Below are positions 1 to 11,727 of a DNA stretch of 64,000 bases, piece by piece. A program made the position numbers and the translations under genes. Source of the stretch: Mytilus californianus (lineage: Eukaryota); contig NW_026262668.1 in the NCBI RefSeq assembly GCF_021869535.1, positions 12,276,001 through 12,340,000 of the forward strand. The letters are read 5' to 3'. Each line of letters starts with the position of its first letter. Position 1 is the first letter of the stretch. Under the pieces are notes generated by a model. The model made no database searches and was not told the DNA's origin. It saw only the letters and a program-made list of their open reading frames with translations.

Positions 1-55
1 ATAATATGTAAACATATTGATCTTTTTGTCAAATTTGAAGGATCAAACTATGACT

Positions 56-628
56 TTAAGGTTCATGAGGACCCTTTGACTAAAATGGCTGCGTTTTCAT
101 CTCAAAATTTACACTAGAGTACAGACAAATGTGTGCATCTGGAAAAGTTTTAAGGCATATCATGCCCTAGATAAATAAAATTCAAAGGCATTGCATGTTT
201 TAGAAAATTTAAAACTTAACTGGATTTTGCAGTGCACTTTTTTTCGTCCCTGCAGAAGATGATAAAAGTAACAAACAGTTGAGTTTCGCTTGATATGGTC
301 CACTCAGGTACAGAGTTTAAATAGGTATCTATTGTCCATCTATTGTCCATGTCAATACAGTTCACTTCAATTATTACCTGTCGGGAAGTTCTCAAACCTC
401 TTTCACAACTTAGTTTATTTTAGTACCTTCTGGAGGAATGAAAAAAAGTGCACTGTAAAATCCTGTTAAGTTTTTAATTTTCTTAAACATAAAATATATT
501 TGAATTTTATTTATTTAGGGCATGCTATGCCTTAAAACTTTTCCAGATACACAGGTATGTCTGTAGTCAGAGTAAATTTTGAGGTGAAAATGCAACCATT
601 TTAGCCAAAGGGTCCAGATAAATCTTAA
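56..628. mobile_element. Non-autonomous foldback DNA transposon (MITE) flanked by TTAA, Kolobok-like
   Basis: Arm ~69-258 is the imperfect reverse complement of ~427-615 (ggaccctttgactaaaatgg... / ...ccattttagccaaagggtcc). TTAA at 56-59 and 625-628; both termini begin with two purines (GG, GA). Confidence 0.7.
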
Positions 629-3600
629 GAAGATTATCAATTTAGTACAAATGAACTGAGGTTGACATGATTTGTTCATATTAAAAGTGATGTACGATTC
701 ATTAGTATTCGTATGTCTCTTTTGTAGTTATTGAATATTATGAAATGATTCGTACATTTATTTTACAGGATTTATCCTGATTTTGACAGAATCACTATAT
801 TTTTATTATCTTTATTTTAAGAAAACACGAATCTATCATGGAAAATGATATTCAGAACTTCATTCATCATTATACCTCTCTTGGTTATATAAAGTTTTTA
901 TAGATAAACAAAAATACCGAACTCAAAATTCAAAAAAGGGGAAGTCCATAAAAACTGACAAAATCAAACGTTTTCAATCAACGGAACCAGTGAAAAACAA
1001 CTGCCATATTCCTAATTTGTTACTTGTCTATCAAAGCTGAAATATCATGTGTAACACTGTGTAATGAATTATCCTATCTAGAAACTATTATCCTCATTTA
1101 GATAACACATTTAAATGATTTGTTTACTTTTCTTCTTATTTGTAACAATTCATTAGATATTGTACTGGTTAATGACATCTACACGACACAATTTCACACA
1201 AAAGTAAATATATTGTTTGAAAGGGACATCTGTAAATGTGGATTTATGGTAAAAACAACTATACGAAGGTCAAATGTTATACTACTATCGAAGAATGCAT
1301 TATTCTATAAGGATAAATCTTAAAGTATTGCCAAGAAGGGCATTATCTCCCCGTATAGTTTCATGGGCACTTGTTTCTGAAAAAATACCTATATACCTTA
1401 ATAAAACAGTAATGATTTTTTGAGACAAGTGCCTTTGCATGGTTTCTTTCATCGAATTTGATCCATTGGCAAATACGACATGAGGGGAACGCAAATAAAA
1501 GTGAAATATACAATAAAATAATGTGATTCGTCCGGCCCGCTTTTCTGTTTTACATTCATCAAGAACGCTAAAAAAGGGGAAAGAAATATAGGAATACTTG
1601 AGGATCTATATGACCGAATGGGACACACAATATAGCCAAATCCATCTATTATCAACTATGCATAATGGAGTTGGAACCTAAGTTTCTTGATAAGTTATCA
1701 ATTTATCAACGGATAATTCAAGAAAAAAGTATATCATTTAAATTATGTCAGTAGCGAGGCATAAATGACGGAGTCAAAGCTTTTCTGAATTAGCTTTTAA
1801 CATTTTTGCTAAAAAATAAAAATAAAAATTGGAGCAATGTATTTAGATTCAGAATTCAAAATGTCAACTACAACCGCCTGAATTCGAATTTGTCCGAGGA
1901 AGTTGCATCACTATTTGTTTGCGCATATCATACCACGTACACACTCTTCATTATTGGTGTAATAAGTTAACTTACTTCAGTAGATGAGTTATAAGTCAGA
2001 TCTTTTCGTGTGCATTTGGGTAGGCGAAAAATTTGTGGTATATCAGAGCAACAATAAAACCCCAAAATACTCGTCTACTTATTTATGCTATATTATTCTA
2101 CCTGTTGTCTGGCGTTGGCACTGCCTGTGTGTCACTGTTTATTCTTTTTTTGGATGTCTCAATGTCATTTTGTAAAATTCATTCTGTTTGTAGCTTTGCC
2201 TGTTTTCACATTGAATGCGTATTTTTTTTTTTTTAGCAAGTAAATAAAGCCCCACTACGAGTGCTTATATCAAAACACCAGAATCAAGTGACATTTACGA
2301 TTTATATAATTATTGTGCAATACACGAAAACTTATTGGATAGCAAGCACATCTAGTATTAACCTCTTTTCAAAAGATTATTTTTTTATTTTATGTAATAT
2401 AAAAGCAAATATAGTTTTCATTAAGTACGGACACACTCTTGAAAACAAGAATTTCTATTGATTTATCTTACCTGTATAGTTACAAATATCAATGAATAAA
2501 TAGATTCACTCAGGGGTAAATATGGAAACTTTTCTGATTATGCGTGCATTTATATAAACCGGGTCTGTCCTTGTTAGGTAAATTTTGATAAACAACACGC
2601 TGATAAAATTTTAACTATCTCGAGTTGATTAATATCATAATCAATAAGATTTTGTGGTAGAATTGACATGTAACAAATCTGAAAACCGTCACATATGGAA
2701 TGTTGAATGAAAGGGTTTCTAATACACAATCTTGAAATGATATTGAAAAGTAATTCCACTGCTAAATCTGAAATTCGTCAATAAAAGTTAGACACTTAGG
2801 AATATAATATTATGTCAATTCAAATCTTTAAAAATAAGAATGACCATAATGCCAAAAGAAAAACCCTTCCAGGATGTGTTCAAAATTGTTAATACATCAG
2901 ATACCATACATAAAGGTTCACCTACATCCGACATGATTTGATAATTGAACACAATATTTAAGATGCAGAAGAGAATTCATTTTTAAACGAATTTCAGTTT
3001 TATGCTCTTATGATATACTAGATAATGGAATGTGTGTCCGAGCGAGAACTTCTCTATGTTCATTACTTTAGATATACTTATCTAAAACTCATATGTCACT
3101 ATTCATTTTGTACACTATTTTGTAGTTTACGTATTTTGTCGGTTACTTTATGACGGATAGCGCTTAACGTCTTTAGCCGAACAGTTTTATCTTTTTACTT
3201 TATTCAATTCATTAGTGCTGGTTCATATTCTGGACGTCAGTCTTTGGTCCTTTCAATTACAAATACGGATAACAAAATGAAACTCAGAAATGAAAAAAAA
3301 AATACTTAATACCAAACTCATTCAAATGATACTAAACGTCTTAATCTTCAAAATCGCTTATCTAAAAATACTACAATCGCGAACATTTTAAATAATAAAA
3401 ATCGCGGGTATCCTTCTATCGATAAGTGTCATGCCAAAAAATGACGTACATGTCCCCGTCTTTCTACAAACAATACGGTAAGGTCCACGTTTAATGGTCG
3501 CACATTTTCCTAATTATTTTGAAACTGATATCAATTGAAAAAACTAACAGTATTATATATTTACTTACATCAAACAAACCGGGATGTGATATTCAGTAGG

Positions 3601-5808
3601 TAGGTGAACATGGTGAACCCGGACGCTATTTATCTAAACGCACACAAGAATATCTTTATCGTTTTAGACGACCCAATAAATTTAAAAGTATCATTTATCA
3701 ACACCTTAAGAAGCACAATCATCCTATTAAGTATTAACAGTTCAACCTTTAGAAGTAGTAATTAAGCAGCATGGGGAATCTCATTCAAAATGTGTACGAT
3801 CACGGAAAATAATTGAATTAAATTGGATTAAAAAATTACAGACAGTCTATCCTCTCGGTCTTAATGGAAATTGGTAATATAACAAGAACCGATTCTGTTA
3901 ACATTTTGGATATAGTTTCTAAAACTGTTCGCAAAAACCGTTCTCATAGGCATAGAATAAATCGCAATCAAAGAAAATTTTGTACCAACAATACAAAAAT
4001 TTCTGACCTAATTACTATTTCAAAAAACAACAGCTTACATTATCTGTTAACCTATCTCTGTTCTTTACCTGTTAATAAATTACATCTAATTTTAGAGGAT
4101 TGCAACACAATTCCATATTGCAGTCTAAAATATGAAATCGTCCAAACTATAATTGCATATTGTTATTCTGAACTGTTTCCCAAAATTGAGCGCCCTGAAG
4201 ATCATAAAAAAACATTTCATTAAAATCAAACATGTCAATAAAGGTTTTGATTTTGTAGATATTGCCGGTATTCTTAATGATCACCCCGTAAAAGAACAAA
4301 TTCCTGGTTATTTTGATAATACTGAGCTCCCTCTTTCTTGTTATGTTTACAAAAAATCTACCCGGAAATATGTGTTTAGTTATAGCGAAGTGTGTAAAGA
4401 TGTTAATATCAGTGACAATACATCTACGTCATGAAATTGCAGTAATTCCAAATACATTTATGGCCCCAGTTCCCATGTTATAACAGGAGACCTTAACATC
4501 GTCAGTAACCGAGAGTTGAAATCATTCCTCAGTAAACGACCTAAATATCTCCCACCTCCCGTCAATTATTAATTGGAATGAGTGTCGTAACATCATCCAT
4601 GACTAACTCCGTACTTACTACACGAAATGGATAAAACGAGAAAAAGCTGACAAAAAATCCTTCGATTCTTTTTTTAATTCAGTAATGAACATAGTTGATA
4701 TTCGTATTAAACATTTTAAAGAACATTTTACTTCTAAAAACAACCACAATAGCTCTATTCCTTGTATCAAACATAAGCTAAAAGAACTCGCCAAGGAATT
4801 TGTTTTTGTCCCGGCTGATAAGGCTGCCAATAATATCATTATTGTTTGACGTAAATTTTACATTGAGGTTCTGCAAAAGGAAATCACCAATTCACCTACA
4901 TTCCAACTGACTCCATTTTCGGAAAATGACATCTTATAACAAACATAAACTTTTAGCTACCTCTTTACAAGCAGCACCGAATAACATAAAATTCCAACTA
5001 TGTACTGGCTTCCGAAGCTGCACAAAACACCATACAAGTATACATTTATTTCGTCTTCAAGCCATTGTTCCACTACCAAACTGTCTATTCTACTTACTAG
5101 TACACTTGGTACAATAAAAAACCTGGTAATAAATTGTTCAAACAAGGCATTTGAAAATAGTGGAATTAATTACTTTTGGAGCGTAAAAAGTTCGTTGGAA
5201 GTACTTGATAAATTGCATGCTCATATTGGTGATTTCGAATCTGTTGAAAGTTTTGATTTTTCTACACTATATACCACTTTGCCTCATAATCTCATTTAGA
5301 AAAACTTCACACATCTAATTAAATGGGCATTTAAAAAGTCAGAATGCGAATATATATGTTTTTTAGTAACAACAAACAAAAGAACTATGTCAATTGGACC
5401 TGCTTTGAAACGATAACTGCACTTGAATTTTTACTAGATAACATTTTTGTTCGCTATGGAGATTCCGTATATCATCAATTTATCGGTATTCCAATGGGGA
5501 CTAACGGTGCACCATTTATTGCGGACCTGTTTCTGTATTTTTACGAGTTACAATTTATGCTTAAAATCAGGAAAGATCCATCGAAACAGCATCTTATACA
5601 AAAATTTAATAACACGTTTGTATATGTGGATGATATATTGGCTCTCAATAACGACAACTTCAATATGTACACTTAAGAGATTTATCCAGCTGAACTGACT
5701 TTAAATAAAGCTAATACTAACAATGAATACTGCCCTTTCCTGGATCTTGATATCTATATCTTTAACGGGAAGCTTAATAACAAAATTTACGATAAAAGAG
5801 ATGATTTT

Positions 5809-7376
5809 TCGCTCACCTTTCCGAAGGATATATGAGCTTTTGCCATCACTTGGCGTCCGTCGTCGTCTGTCGTCGTTCGTCCGGTGTAAACTATTTCAAA
5901 CATCGTCTCCTTTGAAACTACTGAACCAATTCCAACCAAACTTAAGCCGAATGATGCTTAGGGTATCTAAAATAAAGTTTGTGTTTTATTTACTGTTTCG
6001 TCAAATAACATGGCCGCCATGGCTAAAAATAGAACATAGGGGTAAAATGCAGTTTTTGGCTTATATCTCAAAAACCAAAGCATTTAGAGCAAATCTGACA
6101 TGGGGTAAAAGTGTTCATCAGGTGAAGTAAGTTCTATCAGCCCTGAAATTTTCAGTTGTATTTGATAACCCATTGTTGGGTTGCTGCCACTTAATTGGTA
6201 ATTTTAAGGAAATATTGCAGTTTTTGGTTATTATTTTGAATATTATTAATGATAAAGATAAACTGTGAACAGCAAAAATGTTCAGCAAGGTAAGATCTAC
6301 AAATAAGTTCACATGGTCAAAATTGTCAATTGATTCTTTAAGGATTTATTGCCCTTTAAGGACAATTTTACACAATTTATTTATCATGTTTTCTAACTTT
6401 AAAAAACCTTCTTGTCTGAAATGTCTGAACCAATTCCAACCAAACTTAAGCTGAATGATTCTAAGGATATCTAGAATAAAGTTTGTGTTTTATTTTCTGT
6501 TTCGTAAAAAAAAAAAACAAGGCCGCCATGGCTAAAAATAGAACGTAGGGGTAAAATGCAATTTTTGGCTTATATCTCAAAAAACCAAAGCATTTAGAGC
6601 TAATCTGATGAGAGGTAAAAATGTTTATTAGGCCAAGCTCTGTCAGCCCTGAAATTTTCAGATGAATCTAACAGCCCATTGTTGGATTGCTGCCATTTAA
6701 TTGGTAATTTTAAGGAAATTTTGCAGATTTTGGTTATTATCTTGAATATTATTAATGATAAAGATAAAGTGTAAACAGCAAAAATGTTCAGCAAAGTAAG
6801 ATCTACGAATAAGTTGTGTACGACCAAAATTGTCAATTGTCCCCTTAAGGAGTTATTGGCCTTAAAAATCAATTCTTCACAATTTGTTCATTTAGTTTGC
6901 CTACTTTAAAAAATCTTCTCCTTTGAAACTGCTGGATCAATTTCAACCAAACTTGAGCTGAATGAGTTTCAGAGTATCTAGTATAAATTTTGTATTTTAT
7001 TTTCTTGTACGTCAAGAAACATAGCCACTATGGCTAAAATGAAACATAGGGGTAAAATGCATTTCTTTGATTTTGAAGAAAATATGACAGATACAAAGAA
7101 CATTTCAATGGAAGTTTTAAGCCATTCATTAATATATATTGAAAAGCAAAAATAATCATTGATGAAAGATTAAAGCAAAAAATTACAGGTGAGCGATTCA
7201 GGCTCTGGAGAGCCTCTTGTTTTGCTTTTGAAGAAAATATGACAGATCCAAAGAACATTTAAATGGCATTTTTAAGCCATTTATTAATATATATTGAAAA
7301 GCAAAAATAATCATTGATAAAAGATTTAAGCAAAAAATTACAGGTGAGCGATTCATGCTCTCGAGAGCCTCTTGTT
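5809..7376 (+). mobile_element. Helentron-associated non-autonomous element (HINE/DINE-1-like) with ~505-bp internal repeats and a duplicated 3' end
   Basis: Left subTIR gctcacct 5811-5818; GTC/GTCC-rich microsatellite 5853-5883; internal unit starts at ~5926, 6430, 6937; right subTIR aggtgagc plus 3' hairpin present twice (7187/7201-7214 and 7342/7357-7368). Host RT reads KRDDF before and FPIVNY after the insert. Confidence 0.8.
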
Positions 7377-7885
7377 ATATTTCCTATTGTTAATTATCCT
7401 TTTTCAGATGGTGACGTTCCCTTGTCACCATCATATGGTGTTTATATATCTCAACTTGTTCGATTCGCTCGTGTATGCAATAACGTATTTGAATTTAACG
7501 AAAGAAATTGCTGTATTATAGAAAAATTGTTACACCAGGGTTTTCGATATCACAAACTTGTCAAAACATTTACTAAATTTTATCATCGGTACAAGGACAT
7601 TATTCGTAAAATAAATCAACGTATAGACATGATATACGTTCAGGTATTTCACATTCAATCTTTTATGGTAATATTCTATACAAAGCACAAAAATGTCGTC
7701 ATTCACCTCAAAAGCTAACCAAACCTATAAACAGACTTATTCAGAAGGGATATAATTACGATACTGTTGTCTGGTCATAAAAGTTGGCATTTTTTAGAAT
7801 TAATATTGATTCACTAATAGGGTCTTTGCATCGGAAATAAACATATTTATTCTAAAACCAGTTGTTGGCATGATACGGGCTATGT

Positions 7886-7963
7886 TCTTCTCATATATTT
7901 TATGATGGTATGATATTAAACCCCTAACGGGAGGGATTGTGCTTGATTTTCTTATGATGAAGA
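7886..7963 (+). promoter_or_regulatory. Candidate type II SECIS element in the Naiad 3' UTR
   Basis: ATGA 7902-7905; helix II ggtatgat/attgtgct; AAA 7918-7920; apical mini-stem cccct-aacg-ggaggg; TGAT 7944-7947; helix I tcttctcata/tatgatgaaga. Folded by eye. Confidence 0.65.
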
Positions 7964-9911
7964 CATAATATTTCAATCAGATTAATTGAGGTCTGGAGCT
8001 TGCATGTCAGTAACTGCCAGTAGTACTTTGTTAATTTATGTTATCACTGTCATTTTGCTTAGTTTCTTCTGTTACCTATTCTAACACCGGACTCGGACTT
8101 CCTTTAAACTGAGTTTTACTGTGTGTATTGCTTTGTGTTTGTTTATTCTACATTGGCTAGAGGTATAGGGGAGGGTTGAGATCTCACAAAGCATGTTTAA
8201 CCCCGCCCCATTTTTGCGCCTGTTCCAAGTCAGGAACCTCTGGCCTTTGTTAGTCTTGTATGTTTTTTTAATTTTTGTTTATCTATATGTTTCGGAGTTT
8301 AGGGTGACGTCCATTTTCTCTGAACTAGTAAACATTTTTGTTTAGGGGCTAGCTAAGCCTGCCTCCAGGTGCGGGATTGTCTCGCTGTGTTGAAGACCCA
8401 TTGGTGGCCTTGAGCTGTTTTTCTACACTTTGGTATGTACCACTTTGAACATACACATTATATTAAAGAGCTCAAAGATATAATTGCTGATGCGATATAA
8501 AGGAAATAACAATCAATCAATCAAAGATATAATACAATATTCAAATTAAAGTCATATAGTCATGTTATGTATTTGCAAATAATTTTGAATCCTCATATTT
8601 TCAATTGAAAAAAAAGTCTACAAGAAGGTAACGATAAATGTCTCTTCATCAGTATTTTGGGGAAAAAATCAATCTTCCGTTTCCCTCAGTTTTAGTTTGT
8701 AACCCGGATTTGTTTTTATCTCTATCGATTTATGAGTTTCGAACAGCGGTATACTACTGTTGCCTTTATTTAATGCCAATATATGTGATATCATTTTACT
8801 TTGTTACAGTAGATTTTATACCGAAAAAATACCGAAAACTACATTTAAGACGTATTAAGAACAATGAATTTACTTGGAGGAATCAGTCATATTGGTATTG
8901 ACTGTAGCATAACGCCGGACCAGCTCGCAGCATTCCAAACGATACTTATAAGTTTTCATGATTAGATGTCATTATTTGATGAATTTAGAAAAATATTTAC
9001 ATTGTTCTTGTTACAATTTCGCAGATTTAAAAGTTTTGTAAAAGTTTATTTGAGGGACGTCCTTTACCAGTATCTGAATTAATATTATATCATAGCTTCT
9101 TCCAATAACAGTTTGGGTTTGGACAAGAATGTTCCTTTTTGCTATTCTTCTTCATTTGTTTTATGTGTGACAATTTCAGACAAATGATCGAGAAATCAAA
9201 TTCTAAAAACCTTTATGTGTAATGGAAATTTGCTGGTAGAATCCTTCCTTCTTAAGTCAAACTTCTGACTTGGTGCTGATTTGGTGCTGACGGTTTTCTG
9301 ATATAGATAACAGTGTTTATAAGTCATGCACCGGACTTGGTGCAGACGACTCCTTGGGACAACCAATAATCTTGTTAAGTTGGTGCAGACGGTTCACCGA
9401 GACAACAGTTGGAAGTGACAAAGATGGAGTTTATCATTTGTCATAGAACCAAACCTTTTATGACAGTCAATATGTTTGTCAAGGCAAAATTATGCCTAAA
9501 ATTATGAGACACTATATATAGCTATCAAAAAGAATGAAAACTGACTTGTGATAAGAAATAAAACCATTATTACCATTGTATCCTCCGAGATGATTTCTGA
9601 ATAAAAGCTGGCGTCTCTTGTTGAGTAAATGACCAAAACACTCGTTTTGTTCTGAGATGAATACGATTATGTTTAGTTTGGAGTTTTGTCTAAATCAATG
9701 GAATATTCGCATAACTTAATATATAGACATTCCAACACCTCTTTCTCATTTTCAACAATAATCATTTAAAAAAAAGATTAAAAACTTGAAAGAAAGTGAG
9801 CACAGATTACAAATGCATATCCATTGTATCTCCAAATATTAAAACCTATCAGATAAAATCTGTATTTCTGGGTTGAAAATTTTAATGAAATCCTGTTTGT
9901 TGTTAAAGGAG

Positions 9912-10702
9912 AAAGAAAAGAAGTTAGTTAGTAGTATCCTTTAACTTTACTTTCCCCTATATAGATGATGTTCTCTCACTAAATAATTCAAAATTTGGTG
10001 ACTATGTTGAACGCATCTATCCCATCGAACTTGAGATTAAGGATACAACAGATACAGTTAATTCTGCCTCATATCTTGACTTACATCTAGAAATTGACAA
10101 TGAGGTTCGGTTGCAAACAAAACTTTACGACAAAAGAGATGATTTTGGCTTCCCAATTGTGAACTTTCCATTTCTTTGTAGCAACATTTCAGCCGCGCCT
10201 GCATACAGAATATATATCTCCCTGTTGATACGATGTTCCAGGGCTTGTATTTCCTATCATACTTTCCTTGATAGAGGGTTGCTGCTCACAAGGAAGCTGT
10301 TAAACTAAGAGTTTCAAGTGGTGAAGTTGAAATCGTTCCGTCGTAAATTTTAGGGATGCCATCACGAGTTGGTTCACCGTTATGGAATATCCGTTTTACA
10401 CATGACCGAATGTGACCTACCGAATTAGACTTATTACCGAGTTTGTACTAATATGAGCAACACGACGGTTGCCACATTTGGACCAGGATCTGCTCACCCT
10501 TCCGAAACACCTGAGATCACCCCCAGTTATTGGTTGGGTTCGTGTTGCTCAGTGTATTTTTCTATGTTGTGTTTTGTGTATTGTTGTGTGTCTGTTTGTC
10601 TGTTTGTCTGTTGGTATTTTTCATTTTTAGCCATGGCGTTTGTCAGTTTATTTTCAACTGATGAGTTTGAATGTCCCTTTGGTATCTTTCGCCTCTCTTT
10701 TA
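9912..10702 (+). mobile_element. 5'-truncated Naiad-like PLE, second family (RT C-terminus plus 3' tail)
   Basis: YIDDVLSLNN, SASYLDLHLEID, TKLYDKRDDFGFPIVNFPFL, ISLLIRCSRAC; tail matches 50430-50719. Confidence 0.85.
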
Positions 10703-11727
10703 CTGTTTCGCTAAGGTGAGTGTAAATTTATTAACCCCTTCCTTCCCATCCCACCCGTAGACAACTTTGCCCTAACAAATAAAATTATGATTATTATAGA
10801 AATTAGTACAAATATAATTGTGCACGCTTTATAAATTCAAAAATCAATCTTCTTATATGCATTTTTATAGGGATAAGTAAGATATTTGCTACGAAGTTGC
10901 GTCCTGTTTGACCGAGATAAGTTATTATCGTAAGTTCATATATATTATCAGACAGCTACAAATGTGTACATGTATTTATTACAGTCATATACGTAAACAA
11001 TATTTACCACATTTAAAGGTAAGCATTTTCCACTCTCTAAAATAGTGTTGGCCATTTTGCTTTCGCATCATTACTTTACAGTCATGTTTTCATCAGTTTT
11101 CAAAAAGTTCTAAAAAATTCAAACAACACTTTATCAATTTAATGCGTCCGGATCGCCTTTCTGGATTAGCTTCAATCAGGAACGCTCAAAGCCGAATATT
11201 TGAAAGCCAATGATATATTTCAGATCAGTAATGCGCGTTTTTATTTCCTAACGTCCTCAAATCGAAACTTGCATTTTATATGTCTTTAAAGTCTTCGTTC
11301 AAAGTACGCTTTTAATGTATAACATTATAGTATGAGTTATCTTAGCTCTTCGAGTGATAACAGACAGGATCAAATGAACTAAACGTATAACCAGCTACAT
11401 TTGGGCTCAGTTTTAACCCCTGTAGGATTGTCCGAATATCTATCGTAAAATTTCAATGTTCTTAAACAAGTTCTACCTATTGTGCATGCATCACTGATCA
11501 TGTCTTTCTGACGTTATACCGAAAGCATTGTCATGGCCAGGAACTTGAATAAACCTGTGCATATGTTAGTAGAAGGATACTTAAAAAGCGCAATCTATTT
11601 TAATGAGATTACCTATATATTTTCTTATTTTCAGTAAGCTTTTTATGTTTATTTCATACACTTACAAATTTCACAAAAGATTTTACTTTTTTTTTAAATT
11701 GTATTACAGGAGTATCTTATTACAGCA

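Larger units (their letters stand above)
3277..8425 (+). mobile_element. Decayed Naiad-type Penelope-like retroelement (N-terminal GIY-YIG endonuclease, then RT), split by a HINE at ~5809-7376
   Basis: KCHAKK*RTC zinc-knuckle-like motif (3424-3453); IIYLLT..CDIQ*VGE and NWIKKLQTVYPLGLN (GIY-YIG); HVITGDL, VPADKAANN, YWLPKLHK, FDFSTLYTTLPH, GIPMGTN, YVDDI (RT); thumb FPIVNYPF..SYGVYISQLVRFAR resumes at ~7380; stop near 7838-7840. Frameshifts and non-TGA stops show this copy is dead. Outer limits approximate. Confidence 0.88.

Noticed and set aside
2574-2960. Minus-strand 61-aa ORF as a possible exon of another gene
   Set aside because: No recognisable motif, partner exons or clear splice pair.
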